Part shown: positions 8,379 to 16,781 of the stretch, piece after piece
How the letters are laid out: each line of letters starts with the position of its first letter
Position numbering within the stretch: the stretch's first letter is position 1
DNA from: a virus
Lineage: Duplodnaviria; Caudoviricetes
Virus record (IMG/VR): IMGVR_UViG_3300032820_002549
Location: 1 to 24,610 of that record
DNA: 24,610 nt
Strand: one strand, 5' to 3'
The notes under the pieces: generated by a model
Told to the model about the DNA's origin: nothing
The model's input: the letters and a program-made list of their open reading frames with translations, nothing else
Databases searched by the model: none
Position numbers and translations under genes: made by a program

Positions 8379-8597
8379 ATGGCAAAGTATTGGACAAAGA
8401 TGGAAGATGAAGCGATTCGGGAATATGAAGCAGAGATTAACGATCCAAGTGATCCTAATGATGCTGAGTTGACTGATATTAATGTAGAAACAGTAAATTC
8501 AATTATGAATTTTTTAGAAGATTTGAATTCTCTGGAACTGTACGAGTCAGAGATTGAAATTACACCTACTGATGCTGATTTGATTGGTATTGGGTAA
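8379..8597 (+). CDS. small acidic early protein
   Basis: GAGG RBS; directly behind promoter A; very D/E-rich. Confidence 0.7.
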   Translation: MAKYWTKMEDEAIREYEAEINDPSDPNDAELTDINVETVNSIMNFLEDLNSLELYESEIEITPTDADLIGIG

Positions 8598-8764
8598 TGA
8601 ATAAGTTGATTAAAGTAATGATAGGTCTTACACTAACAGCATGGGCGGTCGGAGTTGGTATCGCCCTTTATGTTGGATTTTCGGTGTTGGTGTTAGATAA
8701 AGATTTTGGTGGAAAAGGTAAAGTAGGTCGTCATACACGACGGCACATGAGGTTAGCTAGATAA
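8597..8764 (+). CDS. small membrane protein (55 aa, not in ORF track)
   Basis: TAATG coupling at both ends; MNKLIKVMIGLTLTAWAVGVGIALYVGFSVLVLDK... Confidence 0.65.
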   Translation: MNKLIKVMIGLTLTAWAVGVGIALYVGFSVLVLDKDFGGKGKVGRHTRRHMRLAR

Positions 8765-9096
8765 TGAAATCACGTAGAGAAAAGAATCGTTTAGAAAGAA
8801 TCCGTCAAGCCAAACATCGTAGATTATCTATGGGTAATGAATTGTTACCAGATGAAGTCGAACAGATTGCCTGGGTGGTTCAAAATTTACCAGAAGATTC
8901 TATTGATAAATCTTGGGAATGGAAGGGTATGAGCAAACGTAAGCAAGGTCGTGCACAAGAACTCTACAACACTATGGTTCAAGCTAAGAAACTAGCATTG
9001 GAGCAGGAAAATCCTGATGTTCCTTATGTTCCATCTGCAGAAGTGGTAAATCCACTTTTAATAGAAGAATCGAAGGAGATTGAAGATAATGCCTAA
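8764..9096 (+). CDS. hypothetical protein
   Basis: 110-aa ORF, translationally coupled. Confidence 0.7.
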   Translation: MKSRREKNRLERIRQAKHRRLSMGNELLPDEVEQIAWVVQNLPEDSIDKSWEWKGMSKRKQGRAQELYNTMVQAKKLALEQENPDVPYVPSAEVVNPLLIEESKEIEDNA

Positions 9097-10162
9097 GAAA
9101 GATCCATTTCAAAATCAGAAGTTAGATACAATGGGTATTTTGAAAGCTCTTAATCACTATAATCTACATTCCAATAAGAAAGAAGCTAAAAAGTTTCTTG
9201 CGGAGTATCTTACAGAAAGGGGTAAGACAAACTTTTTGTTGAAAGATCTCAAACATCTGAATGATGATGATTTTCAAGCTGGTACTGGATATGTTGCTAG
9301 AGTTCTTGTACAAGGAAATAGTATTCCAGAAGTTTCAGAAGAAAATTTCAATCAACAGATTGATGATATTGGGTATAAAATTCAGAAAGCTAAAATGGAA
9401 TTACCAGACCAATCTAATAAGGTTGTTAACGCTATACTAGCAGATCCTGTGCTTGAGTATGATGAGTTTGCTGCTAAGTATGGTGATATTGAATTTCAGA
9501 TAGATGTGGCAATTGCTGATTCTTTTCGTAATTTGAATTTTGACATTTCTAAGTGGTTAGAGGGTCACAAGGTAAAACCGAAAGATATTAAGTATATGCT
9601 TTTGCAGTTTACTAATCTTTTAGGTGAAATACAAGAAGCTCTTGCTGATAAGGATAAGGATTTGTCCGAAGGGTATAGTAGTTACACTAAACCACAAATG
9701 AAACGTTATGCGAAGATGTTGGAAGGATGGATTCAGGAATGTGAAAATCATTTGACTAAACCTAAACGAAAGCCTCGTGTGGTTAAAGTTAGGTCTAGGA
9801 CTCCTGAACAAATAGTTAAAAATGTTAAATATCAAGAATCTCATTCGGAACTATCTCTAATAAGTATTCCGCCTGAAGAAATTATTGGTGCGAAGGAAGT
9901 TTGGTTCTATAATACTAAACATCGCATATTGATATATTATTATTCGCCTAATGGATTGTCTATCAGAGGTACTACTATTCAGGATTATGGTAGAAGTGGT
10001 AGTAAAAAATTAAAAAATCCAGATACACAATTGGGTGAAATATTAGGTCAATACAATTTTGATGATAGAATTAGATGGTTTGGTAGTATCAAAACTAAGA
10101 ATTTTGAACCCAATGGTCGTATAAATACCAATACAATAATTTATAAGGTATTTAATAAATAA
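9089..10162 (+). CDS. conserved T4-like phage hypothetical protein upstream of rnh
   Basis: Track ORF 9080..10162 (ATG at 9089 after GGAG); LSEGYS, PEEIIGAKEVWFYNTK, GLSIRGTTI and PNGRIN motifs recalled from T4-like phage proteins. Confidence 0.75.
   Translation: MPKKDPFQNQKLDTMGILKALNHYNLHSNKKEAKKFLAEYLTERGKTNFLLKDLKHLNDDDFQAGTGYVARVLVQGNSIPEVSEENFNQQIDDIGYKIQKAKMELPDQSNKVVNAILADPVLEYDEFAAKYGDIEFQIDVAIADSFRNLNFDISKWLEGHKVKPKDIKYMLLQFTNLLGEIQEALADKDKDLSEGYSSYTKPQMKRYAKMLEGWIQECENHLTKPKRKPRVVKVRSRTPEQIVKNVKYQESHSELSLISIPPEEIIGAKEVWFYNTKHRILIYYYSPNGLSIRGTTIQDYGRSGSKKLKNPDTQLGEILGQYNFDDRIRWFGSIKTKNFEPNGRINTNTIIYKVFNK
10120..10127 (+). promoter_or_regulatory. possible T4-type late promoter (TATAAATA)
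   Basis: Exact motif near the 3' end of a gene and about 36 nt before the ATG at 10164; lies in coding sequence, so could be chance. Confidence 0.35.
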
Positions 10163-10163
10163 T

Positions 10164-10484
10164 ATGACTGATGACAATGTAATTCAGTTTCCTTTATCGT
10201 CAGAACAGAGAGAGAAGTTAGCTTCTGACTATGAGAATAATGAATCACTAACGGCAACTGGTTCTATTCATTTGAATAAGGTTGCTTTTGTTGATGAACT
10301 ATTAGAAGGAACTACTGTTCCTTTGTTGAATCAGTATGCTTCTCACGGTATAGACATAAAGGATAAGAAATTTCAGGTCGATTTTAGATATGCGATTGAT
10401 TGTATGAAATCAGCTATCTATCGTCAAATGGGATTGAGTCATCCTATACAGGATGTTATGGATTTCGTTGATACAGAGGATTAA
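10164..10484 (+). CDS. hypothetical protein (NVIQFP N-terminus)
   Basis: 106-aa ORF immediately before rnh. Confidence 0.75.
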   Translation: MTDDNVIQFPLSSEQREKLASDYENNESLTATGSIHLNKVAFVDELLEGTTVPLLNQYASHGIDIKDKKFQVDFRYAIDCMKSAIYRQMGLSHPIQDVMDFVDTED

Positions 10485-10486
10485 TA

Positions 10487-11341
10487 ATGGCAATTTTGGT
10501 TGATTACAACCAAATCTTCATCGCGAATTTGATGAAACAACCTGAGATACATATATCAGGTAGAGCCGATGAAGATTTGGTTAGACATATGGTGTTGAAT
10601 AGTCTACGTAGCTATCGCACTAAATTTAAAAATAAGTATGGTGAGTTGATTATTTGTTGTGACAATAACAAAAACTGGAGAAAGGCTGTATTTCCAGAGT
10701 ACAAAGCTCATCGTAAAAAAGGTCGTGAACAGTCTAGTCTTGATTGGAATAATATTTTTCAATCATTAAATAAGATTAGGTCAGAGCTTCGAGATGTTTT
10801 TCCCTATCTAGTGGTTGAGGTCGAGGGAGCTGAAGCAGATGACGTAATCGCAATACTAACAGAAATCTTAATGGAAGAACAGATTTTGATATTATCAGGT
10901 GATAAGGATTTTGGTCAATTACAGAAATTCGATAATGTGGATCAATTCAATCCTATGAGAAAGATTTTTGTCGAGATAGATAATCCAGAGAAATTTTTAA
11001 AGGAACAGATATTGCGTGGTGATAAAGGTGATGGTGTACCCAACTTTTTAAGCCCGGATGATACCTTTGTGTCTGGAAATAGACAAGTACCATTATCCAA
11101 ATCAAAAGTTTCTAAATGGGTTGATATGGAGCCGGAGATATTTTGTAATTACGAAATGTCTGTCGGTTATCATAGGAATAAGCAGATGGTTCAACTGAGT
11201 AGTGATGTTATTCCAGATAATGTGTCTGGTGATATTATTCAATGTTGGAAAAATTTTAAACCTACAGACAGATCGGTTATGATGCCCTATTTTGTAGAAA
11301 ATAAGTTAAGAATGTTAATGGAAAGAATTGATGAATTTTAG
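10487..11341 (+). CDS. rnh: T4-like RNase H (5'-3' exonuclease, FEN family)
   Basis: ILVDYNQ, WRKAVFPEYKAHR, EADDVIA, ILSGDKDFGQL, ILRGDKGDGVPNFLS. Confidence 0.95.
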   Translation: MAILVDYNQIFIANLMKQPEIHISGRADEDLVRHMVLNSLRSYRTKFKNKYGELIICCDNNKNWRKAVFPEYKAHRKKGREQSSLDWNNIFQSLNKIRSELRDVFPYLVVEVEGAEADDVIAILTEILMEEQILILSGDKDFGQLQKFDNVDQFNPMRKIFVEIDNPEKFLKEQILRGDKGDGVPNFLSPDDTFVSGNRQVPLSKSKVSKWVDMEPEIFCNYEMSVGYHRNKQMVQLSSDVIPDNVSGDIIQCWKNFKPTDRSVMMPYFVENKLRMLMERIDEF

Positions 11342-11352
11342 GAGATTATATT

Positions 11353-11790
11353 ATGGAATTATCATTACATGAAATTTTTACGGAAGTGTCTAAAGAATCA
11401 TCTATCAACAAGAAATCAGAGATCCTACTGGAACATGATTCAAAGGGATTACAAATATTTTTACGTTGTGTGTTTGATGATAAGGTTACATGGTTAGTAC
11501 CAGATAGTAAGCCACCATACGAACCGAATGATGCACCAGAATGGGATCTAGCAGAAGCTAGGTTAGAACAGGAAGCGTTAAAAATTGGTAGGTTTATTCA
11601 GGTGGATGGTCAAACACCACTTCAGGGTAGAGATATAACCAGAACTAGACGTGAACAGTTGTTTATTCAGTTGTTGGAAGGTTTACATCCAACAGAAGCT
11701 GATCTGTTGATGTCTGGAGTTAAGAAGAAAATTAAGTACAAAGGATTAACAAAACGGGTGGTTGAGAAAGCCTTTCCCGATCTTATATGA
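11353..11790 (+). CDS. conserved T4-like hypothetical protein downstream of rnh (DUF6433-like)
   Basis: LHEIF...RREQLFIQLLEGLHPTEADLL...YKGLTKRVVEKAFP; family name from memory only. Confidence 0.7.
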   Translation: MELSLHEIFTEVSKESSINKKSEILLEHDSKGLQIFLRCVFDDKVTWLVPDSKPPYEPNDAPEWDLAEARLEQEALKIGRFIQVDGQTPLQGRDITRTRREQLFIQLLEGLHPTEADLLMSGVKKKIKYKGLTKRVVEKAFPDLI

Positions 11791-12206
11791 GTTTGGATAT
11801 GAATAGATGTTGGTTTATAGACGTTGACGGTACAATTTTTGAACATCAATCGGACTACAAATTATTGGATGCGTTATTCAATAAAGAGTGGAAATTGGAT
11901 AATATTTTGCCTGGTGTGGCTCACTTGTGGGATAACATACCAGAGCAGGATTATATTGTGATTACCACGGCTCGTCCTAGTATTTTTCGGTATATGACTG
12001 AGAAAGCTCTCAAACGCCATGGATTGAGATTTGATTATATCCTGATGAACTTACCATCAGGGCCTCGGATCTTAGTCAATGATACCAAACCTTCAGATGA
12101 AGGCGGTAAAGTTATGGCTTTCTCTACACCAGTCGAAAGGAATAAAGGGCTTGATTGGGAACTTTTCGAGGAACATTTCGATAGCGAAGGAACTGATACT
12201 GTATAG
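11787..12206 (+). CDS. HAD-superfamily phosphatase
   Basis: FIDVDGT motif I, ITTAR motif II, RILVNDTKP acidic motif. Confidence 0.85.
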   Translation: MSLDMNRCWFIDVDGTIFEHQSDYKLLDALFNKEWKLDNILPGVAHLWDNIPEQDYIVITTARPSIFRYMTEKALKRHGLRFDYILMNLPSGPRILVNDTKPSDEGGKVMAFSTPVERNKGLDWELFEEHFDSEGTDTV

Positions 12207-12375
12207 TAGATACCTTTTTTGGAAAGGTAGATTTCAGAAAAATTGGATATTGTGGAGAATTGAGACATATTATGGAATACCGGCGGATGACTTTCAGATT
12301 AGGAAGTTACCGCCCTTTTCTGTGCTTGTAAAGGATTTATGGGGGTTTGGAAAATGGTTACACCACCTACGATAA
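12079..12375 (+). CDS. hypothetical protein (start uncertain, probably near 12180)
   Basis: 3' part fills the gap after the HAD gene and reads like protein; 5' part overlaps the HAD gene. Confidence 0.4.
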   Translation: MIPNLQMKAVKLWLSLHQSKGIKGLIGNFSRNISIAKELILYSRYLFWKGRFQKNWILWRIETYYGIPADDFQIRKLPPFSVLVKDLWGFGKWLHHLR

Positions 12376-12590
12376 AAATAATTTTACCAGATTCATTTAG
12401 GTATTTATTGGACAGGATGAAGAACGAATCATCAGAAATTTCTGATATATTGGAGTGGGATGGAATTATCAATAATTCACCTATCATGATGGCACGAGTT
12501 AAACTTGGATTTGATGCTATTGGTTCCTGTGCTAAATTAGCTCAGAATATAGTGGATACTGAATTGGAGATTGAATATAATGACAAATGA
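12354..12590 (+). CDS. hypothetical protein
   Basis: Track ORF 12339..12590; likely start MVTPP. Confidence 0.6.
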   Translation: MVTPPTIKIILPDSFRYLLDRMKNESSEISDILEWDGIINNSPIMMARVKLGFDAIGSCAKLAQNIVDTELEIEYNDK

Positions 12591-12744
12591 ACAACATCAC
12601 GAATACTTGGTCGCTCGTGGATTTTTAAAACGAGTCAAGGAAGCTTTAGAACAGGGATTTTATCCTGACAAGGAGAGAGGTAAGCAATTGGTTGAAAATC
12701 TTGAACAGAAAATGAAGGATCTTGAAGAATGCGATACAAATTGA
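12580..12744 (+). CDS. small hypothetical protein (54 aa, not in ORF track)
   Basis: GGAG RBS; MTNEQHHEYLVARGFLKRVKEALEQGFYPD... Confidence 0.6.
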   Translation: MTNEQHHEYLVARGFLKRVKEALEQGFYPDKERGKQLVENLEQKMKDLEECDTN

Positions 12745-12851
12745 TTGTACCAGAAGGATTATACGAATCTGATAATCTTATTGGATTGGTGATTGAGGTA
12801 TTGAGGCATCGATTTGAACATCTGGTCAAACACGGAAAATGGATGGACTAA
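12729..12851 (+). CDS. small hypothetical protein (40 aa, not in ORF track)
   Basis: MRYKLIVPEGLYESDNLIGLVIEVLRHRFEHLVKHGKWMD; TAATG coupling to the next gene. Confidence 0.6.
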   Translation: MRYKLIVPEGLYESDNLIGLVIEVLRHRFEHLVKHGKWMD

Positions 12852-13063
12852 TGATAGCTAGAATACGAAATTATGACTATTCTAAAATTGTGAGGATAAT
12901 TACTGATAGACCTACAATGGTAGAGTTCTTTCAGATTTTAATTACCACTGTGACTGTAACAATGGTAATGTTAATGATTACTCATCTACTTATATCAGGT
13001 GAGTTTGGATTTTTATGGTGGTCGCCAGAAAGGGGTTGGTTATGGAAGAACTTGATTGGGTAG
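12851..13063 (+). CDS. small membrane protein
   Basis: Track ORF 12839..13063; hydrophobic segment FFQILITTVTVTMVMLMITHLLI. Confidence 0.6.
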   Translation: MIARIRNYDYSKIVRIITDRPTMVEFFQILITTVTVTMVMLMITHLLISGEFGFLWWSPERGWLWKNLIG

Positions 13064-13158
13064 TAATTGGTGCGTGTGTTATGTGGGGAATTGGTATGAT
13101 TGCTCTTGGTATTATGTTTTATAGACAATTAACAAGTGGTGGTGACGACAAGTATTAG
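13042..13158 (+). CDS. small membrane protein (38 aa, not in ORF track)
   Basis: MEELDWVVIGACVMWGIGMIALGIMFYRQLTSGGDDKY. Confidence 0.55.
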   Translation: MEELDWVVIGACVMWGIGMIALGIMFYRQLTSGGDDKY

Positions 13159-13164
13159 ACATAA

Positions 13165-13238
13165 CGGGGTGTAGTTCAGCCCGGCAGAACGCCTGCTTTG
13201 GGAGCAGGAGGTCGCAGGTTCAAATCCTGCCACCCCGA
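13165..13238 (+). tRNA. trnP: tRNA-Pro(TGG)
   Basis: Acceptor CGGGGTG/CACCCCG; anticodon stem CCTGC/GCAGG with loop TTTGGGA; T-arm GGTTCAAATCC; CCA not encoded. Confidence 0.95.
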
Positions 13239-13255
13239 TTTTTGAGGTATATATT

Positions 13256-13582
13256 ATGAAAAAGATTTCACGTAAAAAGATGATTCACGCCCTAGTCGAT
13301 AAGGAAATTCGGTTTCTCTTACAGAATGAAGAAGCTCTTCTCAAGAGAATGGAGTGTAAATATCGCAACATGACCAAGAAGCTTCTCAAGACTCATTACA
13401 AGGATAATATTACTGATGTTTTGTTAGGAGATGGCATATGGGTAGATACTAAAAATGGCTATAAGATCATGACGGTAGATCATGAGAGTGGCTGGGATGC
13501 TTCTGAGTTCGATGATATTATTGATGAACCAAATGAGAAGGATTCACAATCGGAGCTGTCTGATGATGAACTTACGGAATAA
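13256..13582 (+). CDS. hypothetical protein
   Basis: GAGG RBS; basic N-half and acidic tail. Confidence 0.7.
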   Translation: MKKISRKKMIHALVDKEIRFLLQNEEALLKRMECKYRNMTKKLLKTHYKDNITDVLLGDGIWVDTKNGYKIMTVDHESGWDASEFDDIIDEPNEKDSQSELSDDELTE

Positions 13583-13766
13583 TACACTAAAGATTAATCT
13601 CGTTTTCGAGTTAGATGTTGATACGGATAACACAATAGAACCTAAGCATGTAGTCAATATCATCGCGGATGAAATTCGTATCAGGAAAAAATATGACGGG
13701 TTTACCGTCAATGGTTTCGCGATGGATTATGAGGTAAGAAAGAATCCTGATATGATGGAAGTTTGA
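13563..13766 (+). CDS. hypothetical protein
   Basis: Track ORF 13482..13766; likely start MMNLRNN after GGAG. Confidence 0.55.
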   Translation: MMNLRNNTLKINLVFELDVDTDNTIEPKHVVNIIADEIRIRKKYDGFTVNGFAMDYEVRKNPDMMEV

Positions 13767-13795
13767 AAAAAGTTTGAAAAAAAGTGAAATTAACC

Positions 13796-13825
13796 TTGAC
13801 TTTGCTACTCTATAAATGGTATAAT
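13796..13825 (+). promoter_or_regulatory. sigma70-type early promoter, copy B
   Basis: TTGACT-18 nt-TATAAT; GTGAAATTAACCTTGACTTTGCTAC identical to copy A. Confidence 0.85.
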
Positions 13826-13853
13826 ATACTATAATCAAGAATAGGAGATTGAA

Positions 13854-14066
13854 ATGTTGAACAGAGAAGCACGAACGATGATGACTGAGATGGAACTACT
13901 GAAACAAGCAGAGAAAGAGGTTGGTAGACTATTAACCGAAACTGAAAAATGGTTTGTCTGGACTCATCCGAATATGATGTTTCGCGAGATCAGAGTAATG
14001 CTAGACACAGAAGAAAAAATGAGACAAGATGGAAAAAATCTTCCAGATTGGCCCCAATTTGGGTAA
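13854..14066 (+). CDS. small early protein
   Basis: AGGAG RBS; single gene between promoter copies B and C. Confidence 0.7.
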   Translation: MLNREARTMMTEMELLKQAEKEVGRLLTETEKWFVWTHPNMMFREIRVMLDTEEKMRQDGKNLPDWPQFG

Positions 14067-14082
14067 AAAAGTGAAATTAACC

Positions 14083-14112
14083 TTGACACAGCTATGTCAA
14101 AAATGGTATAAT
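14083..14112 (+). promoter_or_regulatory. sigma70-type early promoter, copy C
   Basis: TTGACA-18 nt-TATAAT with TG extension; stem-loop follows at 14124..14144. Confidence 0.85.
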
Positions 14113-14172
14113 TAGTATTGAAGGGTTGGGAAAGGTTCCTAACCGATTAACCTGAAAAGTTGGAGATATAAA

Positions 14173-14568
14173 ATGGAAACTTACGGTCACAATGGAATGA
14201 TTCAAAGTTCAGTAGAAAATAGTCTTAAAGTTCAAAAAGCTCTTTTGGAAATGGGTTCTCATTTGCAATTAGCTAAGTTATCACCAGAAACTTTAGAACT
14301 TTATGATTGGGCTAATCAGTATAAGAATAATCAGATAGATCTCAAGGGTGAAGAAAAAAATTCTGGTCGTCGTTCATATGCGGAAAAAGATCCTAAATTG
14401 GTTATGAAGGTTCGTGAATTACGTGAACAGAAATTGACTAATAGTGAAATTTCTGATAAGTTATTCGTAATGGGATGGAAGACTAAAACTGGTAGGAAAT
14501 TCACTTGCGGAATGATCACTCGGTTATATCAACAGTCAAATCAATTAGTCAAAAAAACTTCAGTTTAA
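14173..14568 (+). CDS. DNA-binding protein with a serine-recombinase 'recombinase domain'-like HTH and no catalytic domain
   Basis: C-terminal VRELREQKLTNSEISDKLFVMGWKTKTGRKFTCGMITRLY matches the S..IA..L...G..T..G..W....V.R pattern. Confidence 0.65.
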   Translation: METYGHNGMIQSSVENSLKVQKALLEMGSHLQLAKLSPETLELYDWANQYKNNQIDLKGEEKNSGRRSYAEKDPKLVMKVRELREQKLTNSEISDKLFVMGWKTKTGRKFTCGMITRLYQQSNQLVKKTSV

Positions 14569-14570
14569 CC

Positions 14571-14607
14571 TAAACCTTTTAGACTGTAGAACGTCTAATA
14601 TAGTGTA
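14571..14607 (+). promoter_or_regulatory. ECF-sigma-like promoter repeat, copy 2
   Basis: TAAACCTTTT-N11-CGTCTAATATAGTGTA directly upstream of an RBS and the ATG at 14653, with no sigma70 promoter in between. Confidence 0.65.
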
Positions 14608-14652
14608 AGAACAAAGAACTAAACCATTAACCCGCGAACTTGGAGATTTGAA

Positions 14653-14853
14653 ATGACGTTACAACAACTGATAGATCAATTACAAGAACTGAAGTCAGAA
14701 CATGGTGAGAACATAGAAGTGAACTTCACGATCCCGGCACATGAAGGTTCGTATGAATCAGATTATGGTGCGTCGGAGTTGACGGAATCGGAAGCTTTCC
14801 AAATGCCGTGGAAAGGCGAAATGTACAACATACTGTCTTTAACCTTACAGTAA
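14653..14853 (+). CDS. small acidic protein
   Basis: GGAG RBS; MTLQQLIDQLQELKSEHGENIEV is a common phage small-protein start. Confidence 0.7.
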   Translation: MTLQQLIDQLQELKSEHGENIEVNFTIPAHEGSYESDYGASELTESEAFQMPWKGEMYNILSLTLQ

Positions 14854-14863
14854 GGGGTATTTG

Positions 14864-15037
14864 ATGATACGATACATGGTAGGCGTTTTGACAATTATCG
14901 GTGTTGGTGGCGGTATGGAATGGGGCACTTTAACCCCAATCGGAGCTTTCATTGGTGGAGTTGTAGGCCTGGCCCTGATGTATTCTCCAGTAAGAGATGG
15001 AAGTATTTACAGACTGATTAACAACAAAATTAGGTAA
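14864..15037 (+). CDS. small Gly-rich membrane protein (57 aa, not in ORF track)
   Basis: AAGGGG RBS; MIRYMVGVLTIIGVGGGMEWGTLTPIGAFIGGVVGLALMY...; two hydrophobic segments. Confidence 0.6.
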   Translation: MIRYMVGVLTIIGVGGGMEWGTLTPIGAFIGGVVGLALMYSPVRDGSIYRLINNKIR

Positions 15038-15041
15038 GTAT

Positions 15042-15677
15042 ATGAAAGAAATTATTTACAATCACTTACATAAAGGTACTCGTAGGAATGGATCGAGAAA
15101 ATCAGACAGAACGGATGAACTGCATAGAGGTATTGCATCAATTATTTCTAGTCAGGTAGATGATTTTGATAGAAAATTTAGTATTCAGTATGAATCTAAA
15201 ATACCTTGTGTATATGGCAATACTTTTAGTGTTGATATTAAAGTATGTGATAGAGATACAGGAAAGTTACATACTGTAATTTTGGGTAAAGCATTCGTTT
15301 CATCTGTTCAGAAAAACAGGGCAAATAATGCAAATACTAGCATAGGTGAAATTTGTCGTATTCTTGGTGCCAATCCTGATGTGAACATATTTTTCGTAAC
15401 CTATATTGCTAATAGTGTACCTAACTATAAGAGTGATATATGTAATAGAATGAATAAAAAGGATTCTAGTTATATTGATTTAGGCGAATTGCTTGATAAT
15501 ATCAATATATTTTCTGATGATGTTAAGAGTAAAGTTTATTTTGGAACAGTGAGTTATGATCTTAGTGGTATTAATTATTATACCAAAGAAAGTTTTCATA
15601 ATACATTATCAGTAGATAGTGTTGAAAATATAGATACTAAATCCTTTGATCGAAGCGTGGAGATGATATTTGTATAG
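15042..15677 (+). CDS. putative Type II restriction endonuclease (PD-(D/E)xK-like)
   Basis: YESKI...FSVDIKV...VILGKAFVSSVQKNRANNANTSIGE resembles a variant D...K...N..N....GE active site; overlaps the methyltransferase start; very AT-rich. Confidence 0.5.
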   Translation: MKEIIYNHLHKGTRRNGSRKSDRTDELHRGIASIISSQVDDFDRKFSIQYESKIPCVYGNTFSVDIKVCDRDTGKLHTVILGKAFVSSVQKNRANNANTSIGEICRILGANPDVNIFFVTYIANSVPNYKSDICNRMNKKDSSYIDLGELLDNINIFSDDVKSKVYFGTVSYDLSGINYYTKESFHNTLSVDSVENIDTKSFDRSVEMIFV

Positions 15678-16500
15678 ATTACACAATGGTGATTGTTTGA
15701 AAATTATGTCGGAATTAGAGGATCATTCGGTTGATATGGTATTTTGTGATCTTCCATATGGTACTACTAGAAATAAATGGGATAGTATAATTCCTTTGGA
15801 TTTATTGTGGAGTGAATATTCTCGTATAGTTAAATCTAATGGTGCGATTGTATTGACCGCAGCGAATCCATTTGATAAAATTCTCGCGATGTCTAATATG
15901 GATGATTTTAGATATGATTGGATTTGGCATAAGAATAAAGCGACAGGACATCTTAATTCTAAGAAAATGCCACTGAAGGCCCATGAGTATGTTTTAGTTT
16001 TTTATAAAAAACTTCCTACATACAATCCTCAGTTTACATCTGGTCATAAACCAATGAATGCAGTAAGTCCTAAAAATGACATACCAGAACCAGATAATTT
16101 GAGAAATTATGGTCATATAGGTTCTACTGATGGAAATCCTGGCGGTACGACAATCCGTCATCCAAGAACAGTATTAGATATACCTAATGTATTAGATATA
16201 CCTAATGAAGGATATGCGGTGTTGGAAAATATACCCGTTACTAACAATGATGATCCTAAAAAGTTTCATCCTACACAAAAACCTGTTAAATTGTCTGAAT
16301 ATTTCATTAAGACATATACAAATGAAGGTGATGTAGTTTTAGACAACTGTATGGGATCTGGTTCTACGGGAATTGCTTGTCTTAATCTCAATCGTGATTT
16401 TATTGGGATAGAGTTAGAGAAAGAGTATTTTGACCATGCATATAAATGGATTAATAAACCTTCCCCACTGGAAAATTTCATGGAGAATACAAATGACTAG
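15670..16500 (+). CDS. N4-cytosine/N6-adenine DNA methyltransferase, beta class
   Basis: GDCL, DLPYG (motif IV) preceding HPTQKP and VLDNCMGSGSTG (motif I), FIGIE. Confidence 0.93.
   Translation: MYRLHNGDCLKIMSELEDHSVDMVFCDLPYGTTRNKWDSIIPLDLLWSEYSRIVKSNGAIVLTAANPFDKILAMSNMDDFRYDWIWHKNKATGHLNSKKMPLKAHEYVLVFYKKLPTYNPQFTSGHKPMNAVSPKNDIPEPDNLRNYGHIGSTDGNPGGTTIRHPRTVLDIPNVLDIPNEGYAVLENIPVTNNDDPKKFHPTQKPVKLSEYFIKTYTNEGDVVLDNCMGSGSTGIACLNLNRDFIGIELEKEYFDHAYKWINKPSPLENFMENTND
16171..16206 (+). repeat. perfect 18-bp tandem duplication inside the methyltransferase gene
   Basis: GTATTAGATATACCTAAT x2, encoding VLDIPN VLDIPN. Confidence 0.95.
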
Positions 16501-16609
16501 AAAACGTCGAAAGTTGACCAAGAAGCGATTAGAGAGAAAACGTAGTAGAGAACAGATGTTGAAAGCTAGTATAGATCCTGTAACGGGTAAGAAATGGGGG
16601 AGAAAATAG
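16493..16609 (+). CDS. small very basic protein (38 aa, not in ORF track)
   Basis: GGAG RBS; MTRKRRKLTKKRLERKRSREQMLKASIDPVTGKKWGRK. Confidence 0.55.
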   Translation: MTRKRRKLTKKRLERKRSREQMLKASIDPVTGKKWGRK

Positions 16610-16623
16610 GTTGATAAACATAT

Positions 16624-16696
16624 GGGGATATAGCTCAGATGGGAGAGCGTTGCCCTTGCACGGCAAAGGCCGCCGGTTCGATCCCGGCTGTCTCCA
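16624..16696 (+). tRNA. trnA: tRNA-Ala(TGC)
   Basis: Acceptor GGGGATA/TGTCTCC with G3:U70; anticodon stem TTGCC/GGCAA, loop CTTGCAC; GGTTCGATCCC. Confidence 0.95.
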
Positions 16697-16703
16697 TTAT
16701 TAT

Positions 16704-16779
16704 TGGGATATAGCTCAATTGGTAGAGCGTTTGGCTGTTAACCAAAATGTTGCTGGTTCGATTCCAGCTATCCCAGCCA
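16704..16779 (+). tRNA. trnN: tRNA-Asn(GTT)
   Basis: Acceptor TGGGATA/TATCCCA; stem TTTGG/CCAAA, loop CTGTTAA; G discriminator + encoded CCA. Confidence 0.95.
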
Positions 16780-16781
16780 AT

